The position numbers were made by a program, and so were the translations under genes. A stretch of 64,000 bases of DNA from the NCBI RefSeq assembly GCF_006345805.1, contig NC_042999.1, positions 28,892,001-28,956,000 on the forward strand. Reading direction: 5' to 3'. The DNA comes from Octopus sinensis (taxonomy: Eukaryota). The first letter of the stretch is position 1; every line of letters begins with the position of its first letter. Positions 50,891 through 64,000 of the stretch are shown here, piece by piece. The notes below the pieces were generated by a model. That model was not told the DNA's origin. It did no database searches and worked only from the letters and a program-made list of their open reading frames with translations.

Positions 50891-50955
50891 TAATACTATA
50901 TTTGTTCCACGTCCTTGCGTTGTTGTTTTCTCTTTGTGTTTTCATGTTTGGATTA

Positions 50956-50990
<35 letters not shown>

Positions 50991-51306
50991 ATATGACTGT
51001 GTCTGTATGTCTATATCTCTCTCTCTCTCAGTATGCCTGTCTATGTTTCTCTCTTTCTTTGTGTGTGTGTGTGTGTGTATCTTCGTGTCTGTCCGCTAGT
51101 GTGATTCCACTTTGAAAATGTTCAACATAATTCCAAAGCATGTACTTTGAAAAAAAAAGAAAAAACAATACAAATATAATTAAGCTCAGGTAAATACGGT
51201 ATGCATGTCTTCCCCTTTTGAGCGGTTTCCCCATGAAAGATGCAATTTAAAAATTAGAATTCGATTCGTGATTTGTATTTATTGATATGTGTTTGACATG
51301 TTTATA

Positions 51307-52210
51307 TTGAGTCATCCCATAGACAATGTGGTTTTTTATACTTCTTTCCTTTTTCAAAATTTAGATAAACAAAGTTCTTCTACGATCTAGAATACACTTT
51401 CCTTCATTTTCTAGAATGCTCTTCCATCTATATGGTAGACTGGCAAGGCTCTTCTTCCGAAATTCACTTGTCCGTGACGAACAATACTCCTCCAGTGACG
51501 TTCTGACCTCATCTACGGAACTTATATTTTTTCCGTCGAAACTATTTTGAAGATAGCGGAATAAATGATAATCAGATAAGGCAATGTCCTGCGAATATGA
51601 TGGTTGATACATCGTTTCCATTCAAACTGCTCCAGCCTTCGGAATGTCATCCTAGTTGTATGTGGTTGAGCATTATCCTGATGGAAGAACGCCTTTTTCT
51701 TGAAACCAAAGACGATCATTTTTCTTCTAGCGCTGACTTGAATGGTTAGTTGAATGATCAAGTCCAAGCTTTTCTATTATTTCCTCAATAGTTACGATGG
51801 AATGTCTTCCACCAGGGTTTGCAGGATGTCCTCATCGAGCTCTTCAGATCTTCCAAGATGAGGCTCGTCTTCTAGGCTGTAGTTTCCAGCTCGGAATTTC
51901 AAGAACCACCGTTGACACTAGCCTACGCTTATTGTCCCTTTCCCATATATGCTGCATTCCTCACACTTTCCGTTGCATTGTTGCCTTTATTGACGCCATA
52001 AAGCAAAATATGCCGAATATACGTTTTTATTACTTCTAGTATAGCTTTGAATAAATAACTGTTAAAATGGAACTGCACTCTTCTTAAGTTGCACTAAGAA
52101 TAAATACAAGGTAAAATTACTACCTCGTTGATGCAGGGAGTTTATCCCGTCCACTCCGACATTTAGCTTATAGCATTGAAAAAACCCGCATTGTATATGG
52201 GATATCCCAA
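51307..52210 (-). mobile_element. Internally deleted mariner element with both TIRs and TA TSDs
   Basis: TIRs ttgagtcatcccatagacaatgtggtttttt / aaaaaacccgcattgtatatgggatatcccaa flanked by TA; HIRHILLY, HQDNAQPH and YSQDIALSDYHLFR motifs. Confidence 0.92.
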
Positions 52211-54070
52211 TACATAATCCATTCTTGTAAATTTTTTGTGAATATAAAAACGTTTTATACTTAATCTAGCTGTCTCATTCTTTTTGAGATTTTCCTACTA
52301 AGAATTATAATGTTCAACGTGTCTTCTTCACTTCTCATCATATTACAGTCAAAATTTCCAAATATTTGGCCGCGAAATTTACATAGCCACACGAAACCTC
52401 CTATTTATTACGGAGTTGTTGTTGTCATCATATAAGTTATATATTATAACGTCTGTCATAATGATGCATAATTGATTACGAAGGAATCCTTCGTATGACG
52501 TTTCGATATGAGCGTTCCTTTGGTGTTGTTATTTTGACTTTGAATATACTGTTGTTTGACTAATAACGCGTGGAATCTGAATTTGTGTCCTACTGTGTCT
52601 GCTAATGATACCTGTTATAATACACTTTTCAAATCGCATAAGAATCTCACACAAAGTCTATCATACTGATGGGCATTGTGCATCATTGATATGTAATAAG
52701 TTTTTAGTATGAACTTTTGCTTATTTTCGGATGTGATTTAAATCGTCTTATCTTTTATTGTATATTTATTGCGAACAAAAATCAGACAGTGGCCTACAGC
52801 ATATATATCTTCGTTATTACCAACAAAATCACAAAACAGAATAAAATATTTTGTATTGATTTATAATGGCTTTCTCTGTTTATATTGTAAATTACGACTA
52901 AAACTATATTTCTCACTTATGCAATGCCTTTCTATTGACCTTCTATATTTAAATGTGCTAGACACCTATACCAATTTAAATTCCTTTTAAATTATTGCAT
53001 TTTATCTTTTCTACACGATTTACTTCAGTATTCTAAGCGAAGATATAGAGATGATGCAGCTTGTAAAGAGACAGGTTAAATTAGAGATTTTAACACCGAA
53101 TTATATTTAGAATATACGTTGGAAGTAAAGTATAGTTATTTTCTAATAATGCACGCTATGTGCAAAGTGTGGTTGCCTGCTTCAGATGTCTATCACCTTC
53201 ATAAAGAAGATATTTACTGAATATTTCTTAGGTAATAAATACTTGAAAATATAGTCGTTTGATTTAATATTTTACATGCTGGCTGAGGGATCCGAATACA
53301 CATTCTACTGTTGATCTGTTGGTCAGGTATAAGTATGATAAAACACTAACAGGCGGCGGAAGAATGCCTTTACCGAACAGAGGTTCCCACTTCGCAGTTA
53401 TGTTACGGCTGAAGAAAAATAAGTTAGATGTGTAGCAGTATACTAAATTTTGTACATATGGAATATAATCTGTTGAAGTATGGCATGAATTGAATTTATC
53501 AAAGTGGTTATCAGATCAAAATTCCGTCGACTGTATTTAAAAATTCACAGAATGATTGGGGAGAATTATCTTAGAGATGTTGCTTGCTGACTGTGTACTA
53601 ATTATGGTATATATGAAGTATACTGTTCAATCAATTCATTTTATTGACATTTGTAGAACAAATGGTGCAAGATTTTGGTGACTGGTTGGGCTTCAGAATA
53701 TTCTGGGTGGGCATTATTTGTACAACATGCAACGTTTGTTAACTGTATTTTCTAAATCTGAGGTTCCCCCACCTTAGCGACGTGGATGCAATAAGAGTGG
53801 CTGAACAGAAAATTTCCATTTGGCAGATACATTCCAACCGTGAACAATCCTGCTTTTCAAACGTAAGTCTTCTATATCGATATTACCCTACATTTGATTT
53901 CTTATTAGAAAAGTGGCTGTATTTGAAGTAAAAGGATTTTGTTGCTTTTTCTCGTCTGCGTGGCAATTGGTTTATTGCTTTTGTTTTAAGTATATATAAA
54001 ACTACACATTCAGGCAGTTATTTATACTTAAAACGGTGTGCGCCATTGGTCAAAAATAAAACTTTAGTGA

Positions 54071-54110
<40 letters not shown>

Positions 54111-54544
54111 TAAGACACCAGTGGTATTTAGTTAGGCAGTAGTGAGTGTGTGACTACGTGAAGCCAAGAAAGTATTTTAAAACGTGAGAGCCTTTGATAT
54201 AAAGGATATTAAGTTTGAAGATATGAATTCCAGTCTTTTCCCAGAAACAGATTAGTTGATAGATCAAAGGGAAATATCTTTGATAAGAACGGAAACAAAA
54301 AAATTCGTGTATGGTTTAAATAGCGTGTTTTTCAAAGGTGAGTTGAAACATATCCGGTCAGGTTTTATGGATTTAAAGATTTCAGCTAAACTAACTTGAC
54401 CACTGTTAATATTTTTCGAGTGTGTACGAGACTACACCACTAGCTGGTAAATCAATAATGAAATACTTTTGTAAACGGTTAGCATGTAAAAGCGAGAAGT
54501 AAATGTGTAAAATTGTATGAACAATATAGTTCCACTATTATAGA

Positions 54545-54800
54545 ATGGTTAGGATATTCGACCCATGATCGTAAGGTCGTGAATTCGATTCCCAGCGGCG
54601 CGTTCTGCGAAAATGTGTACTACCAGTAAATCAAGAGGCTAGATTTGTCACATTCAGTATCACGCTTAATCTCATTGAGAATTACTTTAAGCCTACAGGC
54701 CTATGGAGTGTTCAGCCACTTGGATGTTCATTTCGTGAGGAGGCGTTTCCGTTGCCTGGATCACCTGGAACACTCGCCGTATTAACGGACTGAGTACCAG
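54545..54800 (+). mobile_element. Diverged tRNA-derived SINE (family C-like head, different body)
   Basis: catgatcgtaaggtcgtgaattcgattccc head shared with 23652. Confidence 0.65.
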
Positions 54801-56025
54801 TATAATTCTACTGATAACATAAGGTAGGAGAACGTTCACGATTTTACGAAATGAACCATGTGAACAATAGTTAACAATATATGATGCAATTACGCACCTG
54901 AAATTAATTTAAGTGTTGGCAAATACAATCCTAATTTATGGAGAAAAACAAAATGTTGTAATAAGGGTACAATACCTAAGAAGCAAGAGAATTGAAAGGG
55001 GAATTGTATGTGAATACTTAATTTTAAAAAAAGCGTTAAAATGCCTCATATATCAACCTGTTTACAGTATTTATAAGTATTTATGTACGTATGTGCGTTT
55101 GCCTTTGGCTGTGGTGCTAAAAGCCAGGCTATAACAGCTACTCGTTCACCACTTGAAATTCATGGATTATTGAATGGATGCAACGTTATATCAAATAATG
55201 TCTTTGCTTCAGAATTTTCCAGAGTTTTCAATGTCAATTACTAGCACTCATTCTACGTTATTTAATGAACATCAGCTTTCACTTTCTCTTACAAGATTTT
55301 TGCGTGTCCGGAAGATACATAGGACACTATTCGTTGCGGTCACAAACATTTTCCTTCTAAAATTTTGAATGAATTTTATACATCTAAAAATCTACATTTC
55401 AAACAAAAAAAATCTTCCACACGCAAAGCGTATTACAAGAGTGTCTGCTTCTTGCTTCTAAATAAAAATGACGTGACGTGGTGAGAGTGTTTCTTGTAGA
55501 AAACAATTAAATGTATATTTTATCATTACGCTATATTTATGATGACCCATCTGAACACATTATTTCCTTCCCTAAGTAGAATTGCATCGGTGATGATGAA
55601 TTTGTATTTAGATGAATATTATTTGTCTGTTCTTGCATTATATTTTGCCGCTATTTCTCTGAGGGTATTTTATAAGAGATGCTATCTATGGAACAATATC
55701 AATATTCTTACTGATATTATTGTGCAGTTACATATATTCTTTGTTGGTAATTCAGTTTGTATGTGTGTTAAGATCTATCTATCATAGTTATTGTTTCAGA
55801 TTATGCTTATACTAAAGGAGACGTCATTACGAGTGTCAAATACTTCCTTGTATGAAGTTAATTTTTGTGGTGTATTTCTGGATGCCTTGCAGTTCCCGTT
55901 GCCTTACTGCATGAGAATCAATCGGCAGAATTATTAACGTGCTGGACAAAATAAGTTGATTATCTTACTGTTCTCGCTCTCTCTCTCCCTTACACACACA
56001 CGGGTATGTATATATATATATTATA

Positions 56026-56095
<70 letters not shown>

Positions 56096-56213
56096 AAATA
56101 TATATATATATATATATATGTATATATGACAGAAAGAGAAAGTGAGAGAGAGAGGGTGGGCAACTTTATTGGAAATGCAGTATGTCATTGTAAACACGCC
56201 TCTCCAGGACAAT

Positions 56214-56418
56214 CTACAGGTTTTCGATCAGGTTTAAGTCAGGGTACCAAGGCGGCCACTCCCTCAAATGACATCTAGGAAAGCCTATATGTAGCAGGTA
56301 TTCCTTAGAATTATTTGCTGCATGAGAAGGGGCAATAGTTTGCATGAAACCTGCCTTCTCTTGAAATGTAATTTTTGTTCTTGAAACTCGGTTGGAACTT
56401 GTCTTGAAGAAGGTAACA
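56214..56418 (-). mobile_element. Older Tc1-like transposase fragment
   Basis: FMQTIAPSHAANNSKEYL...WPPWYPDLNLIENL (QDNA and WPxxSPDLNPIE motifs decayed). Confidence 0.8.
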
Positions 56419-56420
56419 TA

Positions 56421-57530
56421 CAGGGGTTGGACGAAATAATGGAAGCACCTTATACTTTCAAATGGATATATTGTAATATGAGGTAGGACTGCTTTGGCAG
56501 TAGTTACAGCTTGAATTCTATGAGGTTTCGTCTCGTACAAAGATTGAATTGTTTCCAAAGAACTTTTGTTCATTCTTCAGCTAAAACATTGTAGTAATAG
56601 TGTAGAACATCAAGTCCTTATTTGTTTTTCTAAAATGTACCATGAATGTTCAATAATGTTGAGATCTGGGGACTGTGGAGGCCAGATAAGATATTAAACT
56701 TGAATAGAATGTTCTTCGTACCATTCAGTATCAAATTTAGCTGTGTGAATTGAGGCATTATAATCCTGAAATATTGAATTTCCCCCCCGAAACATTTCCG
56801 CAATCATACGATGAATTTGATCAGATAAAATGCTTAAATAGCCTTTATTGATTCAGCCATGAAAAGAAAACATAGGGCCGGCGAATTTCCAAGATATAGC
56901 CTCCACCATGTCATTAAAGATCCTCATCCATGTTTAATTGTTGGAAGAAGGTAGTCTGGGTCAATTGCTTATTTTGGCTTTCTCCACACGTATACTCGGC
57001 TGGTGTTCGGAAATATGGTAAATGGTGGCTCATCCGAGAAAATAACATCCTTCTACTGCTCTAGGGACCAATTCTGTAAGTTTTTACTCCATTCAAAACG
57101 CTTTGCAACGTTTGTTTTCGATAGTATTGGTTTTCAGATTGCAGCCCTCCCGTGAAATCCGGTGAATGGTTTATATAGAAGCTGGATTCTCAAGGTGCTC
57201 ATTAAGCTCTGCAGTAATTTTGGAAGCTGAACTTTTGCGATCCTTTCTAACAATTCGCGTAAGAATCCGATGGTCCCTACCTGAAATGTTGGTTTTCTTC
57301 CGCAGTTTTGTTTCGACGAGGAGGTTTTTCCCTCTTTCTCAAAGGCTGTCATTACTTTCGAGACCGAGACAGTATTTCTGGAAACACCAAGCATTTCGGC
57401 TATTTTCGTTACGTTAGCTCCTGCCATACGAACATCAACAATCTGAACTCTTTGAAGGTCAGTCCGATAGATCTGTGATTTTAATTAACTTTTCTTGGTG
57501 ATGACTGAAAAGAGACAGCAATTTTAGCAA
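56421..57530 (-). mobile_element. Tc1-like transposon, decayed, one TIR retained
   Basis: TA|caggggttggacgaaataatggaagcacc end; IAEMLGVSRNTV, GRKP, VIFSDE, FQDYNASIH and WPPQSPDLNIIE motifs. Confidence 0.9.
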
Positions 57531-57559
57531 TTTCGAACCTGGGTTCGATGATTATTCGA

Positions 57560-57631
<72 letters not shown>

Positions 57632-57637
57632 CATTAT

Positions 57638-58195
57638 TGAATGAAAGAGCAGTTCCTGCCATCAAAGTGACACTGGGGTAAAATATACGAAGCCCAGTAT
57701 ACCCATCATGACAACCCGTCGGATAAGGGTACACCAGGTACATGCATCACAACCATATGTGCGCGACATGGTGTGTCATATGAAGATAAACAGTGCATGG
57801 CCTTTCAGGTGGGGGTCAATTTAGGATTTTCTTCTGGTCGAGGAACCCATCCCGCTTAAATGATCCCTAAATAAGGATTGTTTAAGGATGTTGAACGAAC
57901 CACCAATGTTTGCAAATGTGAATTATCCAAATCTCTAATAATTCCTTTCAACGCATGGTTATGATGCTCCCCCATTACATCTGCTCCTGTTCAGAGGTGC
58001 ACATATCGTCAGCCACTAAGGGTCATGCTCAACTGGTTAAGGCCAAAAAACTGACAAGCAAATCTGGGGTATTGAGCAGAATATTTGCTGTAGCCAATCT
58101 TTTATACCAAGACAAAACAATGTACACGCTAACACTTCAAATCAGTTAATAACAGAAGTCATAAGAGCCATTGTCTGGTACTGCATCAGGTCATT
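57638..58195. repeat. ~560-bp non-coding element flanked on both sides by (TTA)n
   Basis: Complex GC-richer sequence between (TTA)n at 57562-57637 and 58196-58252; no meaningful ORF. Confidence 0.55.
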
Positions 58196-58215
58196 AATAT
58201 TATTACTATTATTAC

Positions 58216-58254
<39 letters not shown>

Positions 58255-58284
58255 AGTTCATATCCCTGAGCTTTTGGTATCTTT

Positions 58285-58760
58285 TTGGTTATCTCTTAAA
58301 TAGGGGCTATTATGTCCAAGAATGGAATACGCTCGATGGTTTCCGCAAACTTGAGACCTTTGTTTAGAACTGCTTCTTCAGAGCTTTCTAGATGTCGGCT
58401 ACTTACATTTATTACTGCTTTCCCAGGTGGGTGAAGGTTTTCAGCCTTCATTCTCTGACCTTTGAGTTTCATAAACTTCTTAATCTGGTGTGTCTTCGTC
58501 ATTTCATGTTCTTTCATGTACGACTTTTCCGGATCTTGTTGGATTCTCTTTCTATCGCTGGTTATTTTCCCAAGTAATGAAGGTAACCTCTCTTTGATTT
58601 CGTTATTTAGCTGATGTATATTGCAACGGTTGTAATGGATCCTCTCTTTTTTTCTGTCATTCTCTCTTTTTTAATCTTGCGATGGCTTGTTCGTAGGTTG
58701 CAGGTAGTAGCAGTCCTAATATTTGATATGAGTCCTTGGTCTTGATTGTTTGCGCAGCAG
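58285..58760 (-). mobile_element. PLE ORF N-terminal fragment
   Basis: TKTHQIKKFMKL...VINVSSRHLESSEEAVLNKGLKFAETIERIPFLDIIAPI, typical of the region upstream of Penelope-type RT. Confidence 0.8.
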
Positions 58761-59084
58761 AAGTAACTGAAGAAAAAGCAGAAGAAGAAGAAGAAGAAGA
58801 AGAAGAAGAAGAAGAAGAAGAAGAAGAAGAAGAAGAAGAAGAAGAAGAAGAAGAAGAAGAAGAAGAAGAAGAAGAAGATGGAGCAGGAAAAGAAGAGAAA
58901 GAATAATAAAACGCGGGACTGGTATGGCAATAGTAGGATGTTGGTCGATTACACCTAAATGTAAAAGTTATCTAAAAGTGACCTGTTGTGTTTGCAATAG
59001 TAGTGATTGGAATTGTTCTGAATAAATTCATGGCTAGTAACTGTTCTATATATATCGTTTTTAATATTTGCGTGGGTATTATTC

Positions 59085-59660
59085 TAAAGCCTCTGTAATA
59101 ATGTCATTTGTAGTTGACAGATTGAAAAGGGGTTTATATTTTGTAATAAAATATGCATCTTTGCTAATTCTCTGACTATAGGTTGCATCGTCCCTGAATT
59201 TAGAGCGGGGTGGGGGAAATTCCGAAGCTGGGTTGTTTGAAAATGGCGCAAATATTGATGTGCTCGCTGAATGCTATTTTTCTGTGTTCCCGAATTTTGA
59301 TCTGGTATCTATGTAGAGCCATCCTTTGTCGTAGACTGTTTTTGGTTTGACTAATATATTATTCTCGACACCAGACGAAGTTAATAGATATATTACGTTC
59401 TTCGAAGCACATGTGAAATTGTTTTCACTGTAAAACGTTGATCCAGTTTGAATGAGAATTCCGATCCCTCAATTAGGTTGATACATATAACACAGTTAAA
59501 CCTTCCGCATTATTTTTACTTAGGGCTTCACCGTTGTTGCCGAGCGTAGTTGGGTTTATTAGGAGACTTTTCATAGAGTTCCATTGTACATCCTTCTTTA
59601 ATTTGGAACGTCTGAGTTCATGGATGTTGAGTTGTAGGTTACATTGAAAGCCTGCATCAA
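59085..59660 (-). mobile_element. PLE GIY-YIG endonuclease fragment
   Basis: FTCASKNVIYLLT, YISQTKNSLRQRMALHRYQI, FSEHINIC and YFITKYKPLFN. Confidence 0.85.
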
Positions 59661-59769
59661 TTGTTGATGTTTATTAGTTCGAGGTAATGAGTGTAACCTT
59701 TAGTTCATGTAGTCGTGTGTCCCTGGTGTCTGTATATATGTATATATCTATGCATGTATATATATATAT

Positions 59770-59853
<84 letters not shown>

Positions 59854-60747
59854 ATGTATAAATATATATATACACACGCACATATACACACATATACACA
59901 CACACACATGCATATATACTTTTCTCACATTTAGACATTACACACCACCTCCCACAGTCTTTCACATTCACGCTTTCCATCTCTCTCTCACTCACTCTAC
60001 ATATTTGGGAATAATTCACAACATTCCCCCTTTTCAGTCGCTGGAGAGCAATTGTGAGAGAATCTGAGTTCACTTTAAAAAAAAATTGTAACTGTAAAAA
60101 TCAAGGAATGATTGTTGCGCACTTCAGCACAGAAAACAAGGTTTTTGAGATGCTGCCTAGTACTTTGTAGCATATTTGAGCTTAGTACTTTTTATATAAT
60201 GTTACATCTATCCGATAAAATTTTATATACAATCGGAATTGATTGGATCCCTTGTATTTACAATTTCATTAACAGAATAATTCATCAACCATAGGAACAC
60301 CTGTTTGAGTTGCGAAACGTGCTTTGTTGGACTTAAGTAATAAAACTTAACCTAACTGTGTTTAATAACGACTTATTTTAACAATTTCCTATAAGCAAAA
60401 AATATGAAAAATTTACAACTGACAGCTTGTCTAAACTCAAGTGCAAGGGGCTGCCAGGGTGAAACGATAACATCATTATTTAGTAAACAATGACTTCGAT
60501 TCGTGTTTATAACGTCTTATAATTTTGAATAGTATTCATTGGTATTAGGTTTTAATACAGGTTGTATTGTCATATTATATAAAAGGAAATTATACAGCTG
60601 ATTTCAGGTTCTACGTTTTAAGTTAATATGCGTCAATGACACATGCAATGCATCTCATTTTATTGTAGAAATAACAAAATTATTACTTGTAAGATACTAT
60701 GTATATCCGAAAAATATTTTACACACTCTGAAGTATATTTGCCATCT

Positions 60748-61005
60748 AACCACTAAGGGTGGATGCTACTGTAGCTTGTAGGCCCAGGAGAAGATCTTCT
60801 CCAGCTGGCTATTGAAAAACGTTCTGTGCCCTATTAGTATTTGCAAAGGGAAGCCATCCTTCCAATCGTCGATTTGACGTGATACGCTCGGAACCGGTTT
60901 TTTTGATATTTATTTATGATGGGGCACAGAAAGTGTGTCAATAGTCAGCTAGAGAAGATGTTCTCCTAGGGCTACAAGCTACAGTAGCATTCACTCTTAG
61001 TGTTT
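60748..61005. mobile_element. MITE with ~90-bp imperfect TIRs, TA flanks
   Basis: accactaagggtggatgctactgtagcttgtaggcccaggagaagatcttctccagctggctattga versus the reverse complement of the right end. Confidence 0.85.
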
Positions 61006-61479
61006 AGCCACATTTAAGTGGCAAATATACTTCACATTGACATGCAGCAACTGTTTATACCTCGTTCAGAGATTTATTATTTTACACACCAATCATTTTC
61101 TAAATTTCAAGCACACACACACATACACGCATGTATATATATATGTATATATATTTATATATAAATATATATATATATATACACGCATATATGTGTATAG
61201 ATATGCTTACACATACACATGTATATACATTCATACACACATAGGTACACATATATATATCTTCCTACTTTCTTCTCTCGTGGAGATTTTGGTCGTTTCA
61301 TTTACATAAGTGCTACTTATAGATATATAATCTCCCCTCCACTTTCTATGTGAAAAAAGAACAACAATTAACTATATTTCGTGCAGAATATCACTCCTTA
61401 ATATAAATACTACAAGTCAACGAATACACAGTATATTTATATTGTTCTGGGTTAACGTCCACCTGAGTCTAATCTTCGG

Positions 61480-61628
61480 CAAGGCCGGCTCAAGTTACTG
61501 GTAACTGGAGCAGTCGCCCAGGGCGGCATGGGAGGCGTGACAAAGACAATGATATTTTCACGACCGTCAGCATGTACACGCCAAAGTACAGCTTGCCCGG
61601 GGCGCCATCAACCGAAGTGCCGCTCCTG
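61480..61628. mobile_element. Small GC-rich MITE, Harbinger-like termini
   Basis: caaggccggctc...gtgccgctcctg ends and inner cgcccagggcg / gcccggggcg; superfamily assigned by resemblance. Confidence 0.55.
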
Positions 61629-61774
61629 AACTTGGGTGAATTTTACTCCTACTTTCATGTTTTATGTTGCTGTTCAAGTTTCCTTTCACTCTAATATTTC
61701 ATTAAAATCTTTATGTAATTCTCTCTTTCTCACTGTACATACATACATACATACATACATACATACATACCTAC

Positions 61775-61809
<35 letters not shown>

Positions 61810-63099
61810 AATATATATAATATATATATTTATAATATAGATATATACCCCACACCTATCTACACATATTCGCATGCGTATTATGTTTATGTATAAAGAC
61901 TCACACACACACACACGCATATATATACCTATATATTTGTATGTTTGTGTGTGTGTGTGTGTAATCTACATCAGTTAATTAATACCGTCTGAAAATATTT
62001 CCTTCTTCAATAGTATAAACTTTCCTTCCTATAATATAATAAATACGAACAAAAAAGCAGCTGTATAAACGGTAGGAAATGAAAATATCGGATGATAAAA
62101 AAATAAGAAAAATAAAAATAGAATCACAATTAAAAAATACAACAAAAATGAAGCATAACAAAGTGAGAGAAAAAAGAGAAAAGGAAAGCAAGAGCAACAA
62201 ATTAATCTAGAGATTCAAAGGAAAGCGCAAAACGTTTAGATTCAATTTATTTAATCACTCGTTGATTAGAATAATTAATATCGATTATTCTGCGTTTCAC
62301 AATCACTAAGTAATTGAATGACAACTTAAATATTCTGCCGGGCAAAATAATGATGTTGTGCAAAACCATAATAATTGATATTTTTCACTTTGGCTGATTC
62401 GTCTTCATTAATGTCATAAGAGAAGATTATATTACTTCGAGATGGGTGGTGTGTGCATTTCCGCGTAAGTATATGTGTGCGCTCGTGCTCGTGTGTCTAT
62501 GCGCGCGCTTCTGATTGCTTTCTGTGGTGTGTATGTGTGCTATAGCTGCAAGCCATCTTAGTGTTATGGGTAATTTACTTTTGGGATTAGAACGATCGGA
62601 AATGCTTTTAGATACTCACTTGAGATTCATCCTGCAGAAAAATATGATCATACATTCACATACACAAACTCAAGAAAACACCATACACGTAATCACATCA
62701 TACACACAACATGCTATACGCACAAAGATACGCACACACGCACAGGTATATATACAGAACCAAATCACATCCGAAATATACGCAGCATTCATTAATCGTA
62801 CGTCAGTTTTGCTTCAGCTGAGATCAATATGGAAAACGAGGCTGCCAGGCATTGCCGCCATGTCATATTCGTATATATTTCAGGCAACACAGTGACCAAA
62901 GTGCTAAACACGACTGTTGCTTTATTCATAAGTATTTTTTGTTAGTATTTCTCTCAAATGTAAGTAAGACACGGTGGTTTCCTGTGTGAGGCAACATGTT
63001 CAATTGCGTCATATCTCAACTAATAGAATTAACCATGCGATTCGGTGCCGTTCAATGGAAGCAGTCTAATGACTTATCTCAGGAAAATTATGGCAATAT

Positions 63100-64000
<901 letters not shown>

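Overview
AT-rich eukaryotic nuclear DNA dominated by (TA)n, (CA)n and (AAT)n microsatellites, tRNA-derived SINEs and decayed transposons. The repeat repertoire is most consistent with an octopus (Octopus sp.) genome; this is inference from recalled repeat families, not a database search. No complete host protein-coding gene is supported, only a few weak exon candidates. Most ORFs in the six-frame track are microsatellite artefacts. Recognisable coding remnants are all from mobile elements. (1) R4/Dong-clade non-LTR retrotransposons, including a 5'-truncated copy (42602-45187, minus) whose RT, CCHC and restriction-like endonuclease frame is broken by one apparent 1-nt deletion, stacked head-to-tail with an older copy through an (AAT)n tract. 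(2) Two Helitron helicase relics. (3) One mariner and two nested Tc1 relics. (4) An RTE fragment. (5) Several Penelope-like element (PLE) pieces. The most interesting signal is RNA-structural: at least five type I hammerhead ribozyme folds found by eye. Three lie in a 582-bp tandem plus inverted repeat (12250-13478) and share a CCGAUGA core variant. One is a canonical fold at 38337-38423 and one is near-canonical at 40365-40447. There are also several degenerate minimal hammerhead-like motifs. Several inverted-repeat elements (MITE-like) and a 560-bp non-coding element bracketed by (TTA)n are also present. Boundaries were read by eye and are approximate except where termini or TSDs are quoted.
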